From an uncultured Candidatus Saccharibacteria bacterium (GTDB taxonomy: Bacteria; Patescibacteriota; Minisyncoccia; UBA6257; GWB1-50-10), in the NCBI GenBank assembly GCA_964449245.1, contig CAYUXY010000003.1:13222-77221 (forward strand): 64,000 nt of DNA, in the 5' to 3' direction. Positions 10,077 to 20,137 of this stretch are shown here, piece after piece; position 1 is the first letter of the stretch; each line of letters starts with the position of its first letter. The position numbers were made by a program, and so were the translations under genes. A model generated the notes under the pieces. The model had not been told where the DNA came from, ran no database searches, and saw only the letters and a program-made list of their open reading frames with translations.

Positions 10077-10679
10077 TTATTGTCCCGTGGAATCGAAAAA
10101 AAATATAAATGCGGTTTTGATTATTATTTTTACATCGGAAAAAAACGAGATGTGATTCAAATAATACGCGTCTAATTCGAGTTCCGTCTGAAAAGGCAAG
10201 AGAGACGCTCCGCTAACTTGCGAAAGTCCGGTAAGCCCTGCGCGCGCGTTTGCTATAAATTTGAATCCGTTCGGATATTTATTAATTTCCGATTCCTCGT
10301 GCGGTCGCGGACCGACTATGGACAATTTTCCGGATAACACATTAAAAGCCTGCGGAAATTCATCAATTCTGAATTTACGCAATAATTTGCCGGTTTTCGT
10401 GATTCTTGGATCATTTTTTATTTTAAATAATGGTCCATCTTTTCTTTCGTTTAATGCAAATAAATCAGCTTTACATTTGTCGGCATTTTTAATCATTGTC
10501 CTGAATTTCCAGACTTTTATTATTTTCCCCTCGCTAACTCTCGGTAATTTTACAAATATAGGAAAACCGTCTTCGAGCATTATGAATAATGCCGCAAAAG
10601 GAAAAAAAATCGCTGTTAGCACAGCTCCAAAAGCCCCGACTGCGATGTCCATCAATCTTTTCCAAAGCGGATACCCCAT
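10077..10679 (-). CDS. undecaprenyl-phosphate sugar phosphotransferase (small PglC/WbaP C-terminal type)
   Basis: 200 aa; single N-terminal TM then KFRTM...DELPQ-like (RIDEFPQAFNVLSGKLSIVGPRP) Bac_transf motifs. Confidence 0.8.
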   Translation of the reverse strand: MGYPLWKRLMDIAVGAFGAVLTAIFFPFAALFIMLEDGFPIFVKLPRVSEGKIIKVWKFRTMIKNADKCKADLFALNERKDGPLFKIKNDPRITKTGKLLRKFRIDEFPQAFNVLSGKLSIVGPRPHEESEINKYPNGFKFIANARAGLTGLSQVSGASLLPFQTELELDAYYLNHISFFSDVKIIIKTAFIFFFDSTGQ

Positions 10680-10688
10680 AATAGATGA

Positions 10689-13127
10689 TCAGGATTTTCC
10701 CGATATAGAAAGTATTGTTTTTATTACGGTATCCGGATTTAAAGAGATGCTTTCTATGCCGGCATCAATTAAAAATTTTGCGAAATCAGGATAGTCGGAC
10801 GGCGCCTGTCCGCAAATGCCCACGTATTTCCTTTTTTTCGCGCATTTCTTTATTATTTCAGCAATAAATTTCTTTACGGCCTCATTTCGTTCATTCGCAA
10901 TTCCAGCCACAGAACTGGAGTCGCGGTCAATGCCAAGCACTAACTGTGTCAAATCATTCGAACCTATGGACATTCCATCAAATATTTTTAGAAATTCATC
11001 CGCAAGCAATACATTTGACGGAATCTCACACATAACATAAATTTTTAATTTTTTATCGTGTTTTCTGTCGAGTCCTTCATTCGCCATTATTTTTATCACT
11101 TTTTCTCCCTCTTCAGGAGTTCTGCAAAAAGGAATCATAGGAACTACGTTTTTCAATCCTATCTCTTCTCTTACCTTCTTAATTGCCGCGCATTCTAACC
11201 CAAACGCTTCTTTAAAATCTTCTGAATAATATCTCGATGCGCCTCTCCAGCCCAACATAGGATTTTCTTCGATTGGCTCGTATAAGTTACCTCCGAGTAG
11301 CGTTCTGTATTCATTCGTCTTAAAGTCTGAAAATCGTATGATGACATCGTTTGGCCAAAAAGCGGTGGATATCTTTGCAATCCCTCCGGCAAGTTCATCT
11401 ATATAAAATTGCTTCTTGTCGGAATATCCTGCGGAAATTTTATCTATCTCGCTTACAATTTTAATCAATTCCGTTTTTTCTTTTATATCTTTTATATGCG
11501 CTGCTCTGTGTTTTAATTCGTCATATTTTATAAGAGCATTCGGGTGAGCCTTTATCGACGACGCAATGATAAATTCGAGTCTGCCCAATCCTACGCCTTT
11601 TACCGGAAGTCTGTGGTGCATAAAAGCCTCATCCGGAGATCCGATGTTGACCATAATCTTCGTTTTCAGATTAGGAATTCTGTTCAGTTTCTTTTCATCA
11701 ATCGAAATTTCGAGTTTACCTTCGAATATTTTCCCGACCTCACCCGAAGAGCAATCCACGGTTACATTCTCCCCATTTTTTATTTTTCTTGTCGCATCTT
11801 TCGCGCCCACAACACACGGAATACCGAGTTCGCGCGATACTATCGCCGCATGCGATGTCCGTCCTCCTTTTTCAGTAACGATTGCGGAAGCAATTTTCAT
11901 AATCGGTTCCCAATCCGGATTTGTAATCTCCGTTATCAAAACTTCTCCTTTTTTAAAACTATGTATTCCTCCAACGTCTTTTATAATTCTTGCCGGACCG
12001 GCTCCGGCTTTTGCCCCAACGGCTATTCCTCTTACTAATTCTTTTCCTCCTTTTTCCACACTATACGTTCTTAAAATATTTTTATCGGACGTCGTAAAAA
12101 CCGTCTCCGGACGAGCCTGCACTATAAAAAGTTCTCCTGTTTTCCCGTCTTTTGCCCACTCAATATCCATCGGCTGATTTCTTTTATGTTTAGCGGAAAA
12201 GTGTTTTTCTATTTCAACACACCATTTTGCAAGTTTTATAACCTCTTCTTCATTTAAAGAAAACTTTTCTTTCTCGCGTTCTGAAACATTGACTTGTTTG
12301 GTACCGCCAAATTTTCGATAAACGAGTTTTATATTTTTATGTCCGAGTTTCTTTGAAAGAATGGCATTATATCCCTCATTAAGAGACGGTTTAAAAACTA
12401 AAAATTCATCCGGAATAACCTTGCCTTGCACGATAAATTCCCCAAGGCCATATATGCTGTTTATGACGACCACATTATCAAATCCCGATTCAGTATCTAT
12501 CGTAAACGCAACTCCGCTCGAAGACGTATCAGACCTCACCATTTTTTGCACACCGACAGACAAAGCTATTTCGGTATGGGCAAACCCTTTATCAACCCTG
12601 TATGAGATTGCCCTGTCCGTGAACAATGATGCTATACACCTTCGCACGGCTTCTTTTATATATTGCGCTCCGGAAACATTCAAAAAAGTTTCCTGCTGTC
12701 CCGCGAAGGAAGCGTCCGGAAGATCTTCTGCCGTTGCGGAAGAACGTACGGCCGTATCAACTCCTTTTCCATATTTTTTCTCCATTTCCTTATACGCAGA
12801 AGATATAGCATTTTCTATTTCTTTAGGCATTCTGGTGCGCAAAATCATATGCCTGATAAGCCGGCCTCTTTTTTGCAAATCTGTAAGGTTATGTGTATCA
12901 AGCCCTTTTAAAACTTTTTTTATTTCTTTATCAAGCCCTGTTTTTTCAAAAAAATAATTATATGCGTCAGCGGTAACGGCAAATCCGCCTGGAACCTGAA
13001 TTCCTTTCGGAGTTAATTTTCTGTACATTTCGCCCAACGCAGCATTTTTGCCTCCAACAATATGAACATCTTCAATCCCTATTTCATTGAAGTCTAAAAT
13101 AAAATTTTCTTTGTTTTTTTTCTTCAT
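10689..13127 (-). CDS. ppsA: phosphoenolpyruvate synthase (pyruvate, water dikinase)
   Basis: 812 aa; N-terminal ATP-grasp PPDK_N, central phospho-His domain (GGRTSHAAIVSRELGIPCVVG), C-terminal PEP-utilising TIM barrel. Confidence 0.85.
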   Translation of the reverse strand: MKKKNKENFILDFNEIGIEDVHIVGGKNAALGEMYRKLTPKGIQVPGGFAVTADAYNYFFEKTGLDKEIKKVLKGLDTHNLTDLQKRGRLIRHMILRTRMPKEIENAISSAYKEMEKKYGKGVDTAVRSSATAEDLPDASFAGQQETFLNVSGAQYIKEAVRRCIASLFTDRAISYRVDKGFAHTEIALSVGVQKMVRSDTSSSGVAFTIDTESGFDNVVVINSIYGLGEFIVQGKVIPDEFLVFKPSLNEGYNAILSKKLGHKNIKLVYRKFGGTKQVNVSEREKEKFSLNEEEVIKLAKWCVEIEKHFSAKHKRNQPMDIEWAKDGKTGELFIVQARPETVFTTSDKNILRTYSVEKGGKELVRGIAVGAKAGAGPARIIKDVGGIHSFKKGEVLITEITNPDWEPIMKIASAIVTEKGGRTSHAAIVSRELGIPCVVGAKDATRKIKNGENVTVDCSSGEVGKIFEGKLEISIDEKKLNRIPNLKTKIMVNIGSPDEAFMHHRLPVKGVGLGRLEFIIASSIKAHPNALIKYDELKHRAAHIKDIKEKTELIKIVSEIDKISAGYSDKKQFYIDELAGGIAKISTAFWPNDVIIRFSDFKTNEYRTLLGGNLYEPIEENPMLGWRGASRYYSEDFKEAFGLECAAIKKVREEIGLKNVVPMIPFCRTPEEGEKVIKIMANEGLDRKHDKKLKIYVMCEIPSNVLLADEFLKIFDGMSIGSNDLTQLVLGIDRDSSSVAGIANERNEAVKKFIAEIIKKCAKKRKYVGICGQAPSDYPDFAKFLIDAGIESISLNPDTVIKTILSISGKS

Positions 13128-14419
13128 TTTTGAAATCGAATTCCCAAAACAATATCCGAAACATTGGATCCGGTTATTCCGGTTTTTATGTAGTCTCCTG
13201 TTTTTTGGAAAAATTCAAACGAATTATTTTCGTTTAGGTAAGTCCAGACATCGAGACCTAATTTTTCCGCGTGTTCCTTTGATATTATATCACAAATACC
13301 GCCGGCAACTTCGGAATTATCTATTCCATCTGAAGCAAGGGCTATTACCATATCATTATCTTCTGCAAATCGGAGTGACGACAAAGCTATTTCCTGATTT
13401 CTGCCTCCATTACCACCGCCTTTTACTATAACAGTGCTTTCTCCGCCATATAATAAAAATGTATTCGCATCTTCGTATTTTAACGCGCTTATTATTCCGG
13501 CGCCGACATGACGCGCGTGTCCTGAAAATTTATTTGTTTTTATTTTTGCCGAAAATCCCATCGATTCAGCCTTCGACTGCATCGCTTCAAGAGCCACTGA
13601 ATTTGAAACTATTATATTGTTCGTAACGTTTTCGAAAAACTTTTTGTCTTTTGGAGTTTCAATTAATCCTTTTTCGATAAACGGGCATTCTTTTTCTATG
13701 CAAAATTCTTTTATCACATCCATTGCGTCCGATATCGTTGTCGTATCAAGGACAGTCGGGCCTGAAGCCACAAAACCGACGTCGTATCCGGGCACATCGG
13801 AAAATATTAATGACACTACTTGCGCTGGATATGCTTGTTTTGCAAGATATCCGCCTTTTGCGAGAGAAAGATGCTTTCTGACCGTATTTACCTTATCTAT
13901 TGGCGCGCCAGCGCGGAAGAGCGCGTCAACCACCTGCTTTTCTTCGGTAAAAGACAGGGAATCAGGCTGACACAATAAAGACGACCCTCCTCCGGATATA
14001 ATTGTTATGACAATGTCACTCTCATTCATTTGAGAAAGCATATCCATCATTGACTTTGTGGCTAATATGTTTCTCTCGGAAGGAAATGGGTGGTCTCCTG
14101 TAAAAACTTTTATTTTATCGTTTTTAACGCTTCCTTCTTGCACATCTATGACAATTCCCTTAAACAGGATGTCTCCCATTATTGAATTTATTTCTTGCGC
14201 TGCTTCTAAACCGCATTTTCCCACGCTTACTAAAAATATTCGCGTATCAGGCCTAACTATCACTTCCCTTCCGGCAAGAGCCAATCTATTGCCGAATCTT
14301 TGAACTGACTTTTGTATGGCAATTTTTGTATCAATCGCTTCCAGTCCGGCATTTAAAATTTCAAGCGCTGTTTTTCTTTCTTTTGATACCGCGATTGCAT
14401 CAAAATTTTTTATTTTCAT
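13124..14419 (-). CDS. glycerate 2-kinase (MOFRL family)
   Basis: 431 aa; GAPIDKVNTVRKHLSLAKGG and GGESTVIVKGGGNGGRNQE motifs of MOFRL/DUF4147 glycerate kinases; 4-nt overlap with ppsA. Confidence 0.7.
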   Translation of the reverse strand: MKIKNFDAIAVSKERKTALEILNAGLEAIDTKIAIQKSVQRFGNRLALAGREVIVRPDTRIFLVSVGKCGLEAAQEINSIMGDILFKGIVIDVQEGSVKNDKIKVFTGDHPFPSERNILATKSMMDMLSQMNESDIVITIISGGGSSLLCQPDSLSFTEEKQVVDALFRAGAPIDKVNTVRKHLSLAKGGYLAKQAYPAQVVSLIFSDVPGYDVGFVASGPTVLDTTTISDAMDVIKEFCIEKECPFIEKGLIETPKDKKFFENVTNNIIVSNSVALEAMQSKAESMGFSAKIKTNKFSGHARHVGAGIISALKYEDANTFLLYGGESTVIVKGGGNGGRNQEIALSSLRFAEDNDMVIALASDGIDNSEVAGGICDIISKEHAEKLGLDVWTYLNENNSFEFFQKTGDYIKTGITGSNVSDIVLGIRFQK

Positions 14420-14429
14420 ATTTATATTT

Positions 14430-14813
14430 TTATTTCGGAAGAACGCATCCGGTCTCTGCGGATAGCTTTTCTAAAGGCTGTTCTCCGACAAGCTCAGTGC
14501 CGTCTGCCAAGGTCCACGTTGGATATGCATAAATATTTTTTGCAATACACGCACCAATATTTTCCGTACATTCGACGTAATTAATTTTTTTAAATGCGCC
14601 TCCAAACGCAAGTTTTTGGTTTTGACAATGCGAGCATGATTCAGTTCCATACATTACAACGCCTTTTTCAGTTAGACATGCCGCGAACGCATCTAACTCT
14701 GGACTGCTTCTTTTTATTAATGGGTAGATGAAAAGCGCCGTGAGACAAACTACTACCGCAACGATAATGATTATTGGCAAAATATTTCTCTTCATAATTA
14801 TTCTTTGCAACAA
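14430..14813 (-). CDS. membrane-anchored thioredoxin-fold protein with CxxC (CSHC)
   Basis: 127 aa; N-terminal TM helix, YGTESCSHCQNQK active-site-like motif, C-terminal AYPTW. Confidence 0.5.
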   Translation of the reverse strand: MLQRIIMKRNILPIIIIVAVVVCLTALFIYPLIKRSSPELDAFAACLTEKGVVMYGTESCSHCQNQKLAFGGAFKKINYVECTENIGACIAKNIYAYPTWTLADGTELVGEQPLEKLSAETGCVLPK

Positions 14814-15307
14814 TCAATCAGCTTTTCCATTATATCTTCCGTTGTCCATTCTTTATTGTCATTTTTTGACACGTCCTCATCCTTTATATCCGAAACATCC
14901 GCAAGCTTTAATCGGATTGCCCAAAACATAGAATAAATTTTGTAAGCCTTCTCAAACATTTCTTCGGCATCTTTTTTCTCACCGGCGGACTGGAGCTTCG
15001 TTCCAACCTCAATCATCCTCATTGACGCCGCAAGAAAGTGCTTCGAGATACACCATGTTTCTCCTTCATTTACAGGAATCATTTTCGCCAATAATTCTTT
15101 CCGCAATTCTCTCGTTTCATTCAAAATCGAAAGATACTCCTTGTCTTTTGTTTTTGATGCAGTGAAGAAAAGATGCTCTTCTATACTAATAAGATTCATA
15201 ACGGCAAGACTTAAATCCTCTTCTTTTGAAAGATCAAATGTGCCCGATTGTCTCAATTCTTCTGACTTTTTAATTAACGCCTCAAATTTATTTTTATCAA
15301 AATTCAT
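14798..15307 (-). CDS. hypothetical helical protein
   Basis: 169-aa ORF, K/E-rich, no recognisable motif; overlaps neighbour by 16 nt. Confidence 0.35.
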   Translation of the reverse strand: MNFDKNKFEALIKKSEELRQSGTFDLSKEEDLSLAVMNLISIEEHLFFTASKTKDKEYLSILNETRELRKELLAKMIPVNEGETWCISKHFLAASMRMIEVGTKLQSAGEKKDAEEMFEKAYKIYSMFWAIRLKLADVSDIKDEDVSKNDNKEWTTEDIMEKLIDCCKE

Positions 15308-15334
15308 ATTGTTATATTACATTTCATTTAAAGA

Positions 15335-16135
15335 TTATAAAAGCATTATAAGTATACCAAGAATGACCATCGCTACTCCACCAAACAATCTGCCTTGTAT
15401 ATTTTTACTCTTCCAACCCTCTACTTTTTGAAGTAAAACTTTATTGCTCACAATCGCAAGAATCGTAATGAGAGGAATTATAAACACAAAGTTATACCAC
15501 AAAAGATACCCAAATCCGCTGAAAAATGTCTTGGTGTCGTGCAACAATCCCAATATCATTAAATATGGCCCTCCGGTACACGGAAATTCCCACATTCCAA
15601 CGAGAACACCGAGCAACAATCCTGACGGAACAGAAGCTTTTTTTACAACAACGGCTATGTTTTTATGTGTCGATTGCGGAATACCGAGACGGATTGGAAA
15701 TTCCGGAAAAAAGTGATTTAAAAGACTTATTGCGCCGGAAACAATCAACACCGATCCTCCTATTTTTGCAACAAAATGAGGCACGTTGAAAAAGTGTAAA
15801 GTCTGCAAAATTCCAAGACCTATCAAAACATATACCACAAATACGCCTGCAACATACGCCCCTCCTGTTAGAATGATATTTTTTCTTGTTCGGCCAAGGC
15901 TGAAAAGAAATGCCATAGTAAGAAAAAGTATCGAAAAAGCGCACGGGTTTACGCTATCTATGAGAGCCGCCACCGTAACAAGTGGAAATAAAAAAGTGCC
16001 TTTTTGTAAATTTCTCAAGACGCCTGCGCCAATTTCTGAGTTTTTAAAAAAAACCGCAAATAGACAAAATACTATTATTGCTATAGCAATCAGGATAAAA
16101 TAAACCGCGTCTTTTGTTTTCCTATTGTCGTTCAT
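15335..16135 (-). CDS. CcdA/DsbD-family transmembrane thiol-disulfide electron transporter
   Basis: 266 aa polytopic; two conserved Cys in TM segments (VNPCAFSIL and EFPCTGGPYL) as in CcdA. Confidence 0.6.
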   Translation of the reverse strand: MNDNRKTKDAVYFILIAIAIIVFCLFAVFFKNSEIGAGVLRNLQKGTFLFPLVTVAALIDSVNPCAFSILFLTMAFLFSLGRTRKNIILTGGAYVAGVFVVYVLIGLGILQTLHFFNVPHFVAKIGGSVLIVSGAISLLNHFFPEFPIRLGIPQSTHKNIAVVVKKASVPSGLLLGVLVGMWEFPCTGGPYLMILGLLHDTKTFFSGFGYLLWYNFVFIIPLITILAIVSNKVLLQKVEGWKSKNIQGRLFGGVAMVILGILIMLL

Positions 16136-17034
16136 ATATTTATTCCTGAAATAAAAAGTTTATTAAAAACAGAGCCCACATCCTGCTTTTCATCCATTAT
16201 TTTTTCAATTGCAGATAGTATTCTAAATTTTTTTGTTTTATTTCCGAGCATAGCAAACACTGACGGAGCAGATATCACTCCCTCCGTCTGTTCATCAAAT
16301 TTTCCATCTTCGAGAACATCTTCTCCCGCCAATCTGTTTCTTGAATATTTGCTAAACCCGCACGTCGCTAAATCACCAAGTCCGGCTATTCCGAACGACG
16401 TTTCTTTTTTACCGCCGAATATTTTTACAATATTCGGAATTTCAGCCATAGATTGAGTTAAAAGCCACCCTTTTGCGTTCCCGCTCCATTGAAGACCATC
16501 TGCTATTCCGAATGCGAGAGAATAAACATTTTTTAACACACCGCTTACGGACACTCCGTGAATATCGCCGTTTAACGCGAGGCTTACCGACGTACCGGAA
16601 AATAAATCGGATATTTCGTGAAAAAACTTTTTGTCATATACTCCCAAAACTCCCGCGCCAAAAAGTCCTTGTTCAAGTTCTTCTGCAAGCATAGGGCCAC
16701 CCAGTATTCCTATGTGCTTTTTATTAAAAAATTCTTTTAATATTTCGTCCGGAAATTTCTTCGTTTCTCTTTCTATTCCCTTCGAAAGAGAAACTATTCC
16801 GGTATTTTGTCCAACATATTTTGAAATATCTTTGCAAACTTCTCTTAATGCCGATGACGGCGTACATAAAAATATAATATCAGCTGAACGCGCCAAAGTT
16901 TCAAAATTTTCCGTATTTTGGTTTTTTTTCGGATCTTTATCCCAAAGAGATACATTATATCCTTTGTTTTTTAAGACGCCGGCAATAGCGCTTCCGATTC
17001 GACCGGCTCCTATTATAGTTACTCGCTTACTCAT
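16132..17034 (-). CDS. gpsA: NAD(P)H-dependent glycerol-3-phosphate dehydrogenase
   Basis: Start taken at MSKRVTIIGAGRIGSAIAG (Rossmann GxGxxG); C-terminal GpsA domain; ORF track extends 10 codons upstream. Confidence 0.8.
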   Translation of the reverse strand: MSKRVTIIGAGRIGSAIAGVLKNKGYNVSLWDKDPKKNQNTENFETLARSADIIFLCTPSSALREVCKDISKYVGQNTGIVSLSKGIERETKKFPDEILKEFFNKKHIGILGGPMLAEELEQGLFGAGVLGVYDKKFFHEISDLFSGTSVSLALNGDIHGVSVSGVLKNVYSLAFGIADGLQWSGNAKGWLLTQSMAEIPNIVKIFGGKKETSFGIAGLGDLATCGFSKYSRNRLAGEDVLEDGKFDEQTEGVISAPSVFAMLGNKTKKFRILSAIEKIMDEKQDVGSVFNKLFISGINI

Positions 17035-17041
17035 AGAGAAA

Positions 17042-18094
17042 TTATATAACACTATCCGCCGCACGGAAAATTCTATCCATTATCGCCTCCGCAATGCCAC
17101 TCCCTGAAATGCCCTCGCAAATTATTTCATTGAGATTGAACGTATCGGCCGCACGGAAAGAGCCGAAGAGATTTTTCGCTATTTCCTTCAGATTGCTTTC
17201 TAATCCGAGTAAAATAACCGCGTCTGCGTCCACAAAAATATTTTTATTCGCGAGCGTCGTAATAACACAAACGCTTTTGTTTTTTATTTTAAACTCTTTT
17301 ATGGCTTTCTTTATTTTTTTTGCTCTAATTGCCTGCGTTTTACCAGTTACGAGAGTCATTCTCGTTTTTGGCGCGTAGTGTTTGTATTTTTGACCCGGAG
17401 ATTTAGGAACTGAATTTTTTCTTTTTTCATTAACAGCATCTTCCGGCATAGTTCCCGTAATTTTTAATATATCGAGTTTTGTAATCGCACCAAAACGCAA
17501 AACTACAGGCTTTGTTCCGGTACAATCGACTACAGTAGATTCCACTCCTATTTTTGATTTGCCTCCATCTATAATGAACGGGATTTTTCCTTCAAAATCA
17601 TTCGCGACGTGTTCTGCCGTTGTTGAGCTCGGTCTCGTAGAAATATTCGCTGACGGAGCCGCTATCGGGCTTCCTGAAGCGCGAATAAGCGCCCGCGCTA
17701 TTTGAGAATTGGGCATACGCACACCCACAGTTTCCCCTCCTGCGGTAGCCGCGTACGAAATTTTTTTACTTTTTTTCAGTACAAGCGTAAGTGGCCCGGG
17801 CCAAAACTTTTTTATAAGTAGCTTCGCGTATTCCGGAACATTTTCCGCAACTTCTTTTAAATCTTCTCTGTCTCCTATATGGACTATGAGCGGATTATCT
17901 GCCGGCCTTCCTTTTGCCTTGAAAATCTTTTTTATCGCGAGAGTATTCGTAGCGTCGGCCCCTAATCCGTAAACCGTCTCTGTCGGAAACGCGACGATCT
18001 CGCCTTTTTTAATCAAATCGGCAGCACGTTTGATTTTGTTCTTTTCCGGCTTTTTTGGATTAACCTTTTCTATTATTGTTTTGAATTTTTGCAT
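17042..18094 (-). CDS. tsaC: L-threonylcarbamoyladenylate synthase (YrdC + Sua5 C-terminal domain)
   Basis: IVAFPTETVYGLGADATN YrdC motif plus C-terminal Sua5 domain; start taken at MQKFK (18094). Confidence 0.85.
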   Translation of the reverse strand: MQKFKTIIEKVNPKKPEKNKIKRAADLIKKGEIVAFPTETVYGLGADATNTLAIKKIFKAKGRPADNPLIVHIGDREDLKEVAENVPEYAKLLIKKFWPGPLTLVLKKSKKISYAATAGGETVGVRMPNSQIARALIRASGSPIAAPSANISTRPSSTTAEHVANDFEGKIPFIIDGGKSKIGVESTVVDCTGTKPVVLRFGAITKLDILKITGTMPEDAVNEKRKNSVPKSPGQKYKHYAPKTRMTLVTGKTQAIRAKKIKKAIKEFKIKNKSVCVITTLANKNIFVDADAVILLGLESNLKEIAKNLFGSFRAADTFNLNEIICEGISGSGIAEAIMDRIFRAADSVI

Positions 18095-18104
18095 TCTTCT
18101 GTGC

Positions 18105-18168
18105 CTATATACGATATACAATATTCTATATTCCTTCTGTATTCCGCTCTAACAACTAAAAACTAATA
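18105..18168. repeat. intergenic repeat modules A (18105-18130) and B (18147-18168)
   Basis: 26-nt ctatatacgatatacaatattctata identical to 47905-47930; 22-nt ctctaacaactaaaaactaata identical to 38054-38075. Confidence 0.7.
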
Positions 18169-18181
18169 TCTAAAAACTGTA

Positions 18182-18313
18182 TCAAGCTATTTCTGCTTGG
18201 TAACACTGTTCGCAGTATACAATTTCCGGTCTCTCTGGAGCGTAGGATGTCTCTCCTCCTACGCCCCTCGATGAACTCGGAGCTACGGAAGGACTGCACA
18301 AGCGTGCTTGCGA
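18182..18313 (-). other. in-frame diverged duplicate of the 3' end of the downstream Cys-rich gene (second CxxC knuckle after TAG stop)
   Basis: Continuing the 18314..20131 frame past its TAG gives ...SYAPERPEIVYCEQCYQAEIA-TGA versus gene end SYSPERKEIIYCEECYQREIA-TAG. Confidence 0.5.
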
Positions 18314-20131
18314 CTAAGCTATCTCTCTCTGGTAACACTCTTCACAGTATATAATTTCTTTTCTCTCTGGACTATAGCTTGTTTGGAATTCATTCGGACA
18401 GGGCCCATCTCCATGAGCGTGCGTTGTCGTATTCTTGTATGTATTTTGTTGTATTTTGTTAATAGTAGTAGTGCTGTCAATAGTTAATTCGTCGTTTGTT
18501 GATGCATTACCTCCGCACTGGCAAGAACGATGCCAGAGCTTCAGAGGATTCCGCTGTTTAAGACGCGACTGATGCCGACAATTTGGACACAAATGCGGGA
18601 TTGGCAACGCCATTGCGCGATGAAATTGTAATTCTTGCGGAGTGATTCTGAAGGCGCCTGTGCATCCGTCGTTACACTTCTTATCGTGTTCACAGCCAAT
18701 TATTTCTTTACAAATATTGTCTGTAACCTCATTTATTTTATTTGGAATTTTGTCATAGCTCATTGTAACTGCATATTCCATTTTATTTTCTTCTCGCCAA
18801 GTATGCCCGCCTTTTTTGGCATCGTCGCGAGACATTGGAAAATATTCGCGCGCAATACTTTCGTTATATGCAAACGGAGATATTTCTGACGGGAAAAATT
18901 CTCCATAAGAGTATTTTCTCCCAAGAGCATCTGCATATGGCTTTGATTGCATATCATTCATAATAATTTTCGACAACTTTTCATATTCTTCTTTCGTATA
19001 TTGCTTGTTTAAAATACAATATTCCTTTTTCTTTAAACTTATGCATCCAAAACAATTTGAACAAGACAAACACAATTCGCAATATGTTATATATTTTGAA
19101 AACCAGCTGGTAATACTGAACTTTTCCATATAATTTTGCTCAATGTTTGTGCTGTCATACACCAACTCGGAATTGTCTGCGAAATTGACATCGTAGCTTT
19201 CCTTAATATTTCCGCCAAACGCTCCGTATTTCAAATTTTCACTTTCACGCATAACAAAACAATGTTTGCAATTTTTTGTTTCAATAAGATCGTTTCCAGT
19301 TGAATCTTTTGATAAAACAATATGAGCAAAGCGTCGCGGAAAGTTGAGAGATAATAATTCGGCTTCTTTTTTTAATTTTTGAATCCCATCCCATGTATCC
19401 AATAAATAGTCCTTCTTTCTTTTTTCATATTCTTCTTTTGAATATTCATTATTCAAAATGACATATTTTTTATTTTGTATGTTAGTAGACCCAATACAAT
19501 TTGAGACATTGCGACAATTGAGTATAAAAAATGAATCCATTGAATTCTCCGTATCGCGCGAGAAAAATACATTTGCACATTTTGAAACCTGCACTCCATC
19601 ATATACGTGCTCGCAATCAACCGCTCCAAAACAATCAACCGAATCCTTGGTATTAAACGTTCTATATGCATGCGCGCAGTTTTCATTATCAGAGGAACCT
19701 ACTAAAAAGTAGCAGTCCTTCAAATTAATCGAATAGTTAACATAATTTGAATTAACATTATTCGTGGCGATAAGAGCGGGCCTTGGTACTTTATTCATTA
19801 GATCCTTATACTGCACAAAAAAGTTCTGATCCGATGAATAATCTGCGGAGTAATCTTGTGGATCCCACTTGTCAGAATACCAACAATCTCTGCAATACAC
19901 CGGAAAAGGAACGTCGTGCGAATACATGGAAATAATATCTGTGTTGCACAAATTGCATTTTCTTTTATAAAAATTCCTTTCGTTTCTAAAAGAAACCCTT
20001 CTCATAAATCTGCACGTCGGGCAAAACGTCGGCGGTGGAACATCAATTTTCTGATAAAAATCAAAGTCCTCCGCGTCTATTTGAAATGAGCTTTTACAGC
20101 TTTGGCAGGTCTTTGTTTCAGACTGATTCAT
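18314..20131 (-). CDS. Cys-rich protein built from repeated zinc-knuckle/zinc-ribbon modules, function unknown
   Basis: 605 aa with >35 Cys in CxxC pairs; internal repeats (NIQNKKYVILNNEYSKEEYEKRKK / KKKEYCILNKQYTKEEYEKLSK); N- and C-terminal CPxCR...RN...Y.R.C..C modules. Confidence 0.55.
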   Translation of the reverse strand: MNQSETKTCQSCKSSFQIDAEDFDFYQKIDVPPPTFCPTCRFMRRVSFRNERNFYKRKCNLCNTDIISMYSHDVPFPVYCRDCWYSDKWDPQDYSADYSSDQNFFVQYKDLMNKVPRPALIATNNVNSNYVNYSINLKDCYFLVGSSDNENCAHAYRTFNTKDSVDCFGAVDCEHVYDGVQVSKCANVFFSRDTENSMDSFFILNCRNVSNCIGSTNIQNKKYVILNNEYSKEEYEKRKKDYLLDTWDGIQKLKKEAELLSLNFPRRFAHIVLSKDSTGNDLIETKNCKHCFVMRESENLKYGAFGGNIKESYDVNFADNSELVYDSTNIEQNYMEKFSITSWFSKYITYCELCLSCSNCFGCISLKKKEYCILNKQYTKEEYEKLSKIIMNDMQSKPYADALGRKYSYGEFFPSEISPFAYNESIAREYFPMSRDDAKKGGHTWREENKMEYAVTMSYDKIPNKINEVTDNICKEIIGCEHDKKCNDGCTGAFRITPQELQFHRAMALPIPHLCPNCRHQSRLKQRNPLKLWHRSCQCGGNASTNDELTIDSTTTINKIQQNTYKNTTTHAHGDGPCPNEFQTSYSPERKEIIYCEECYQREIA

Positions 20132-20137
20132 ATGTGT

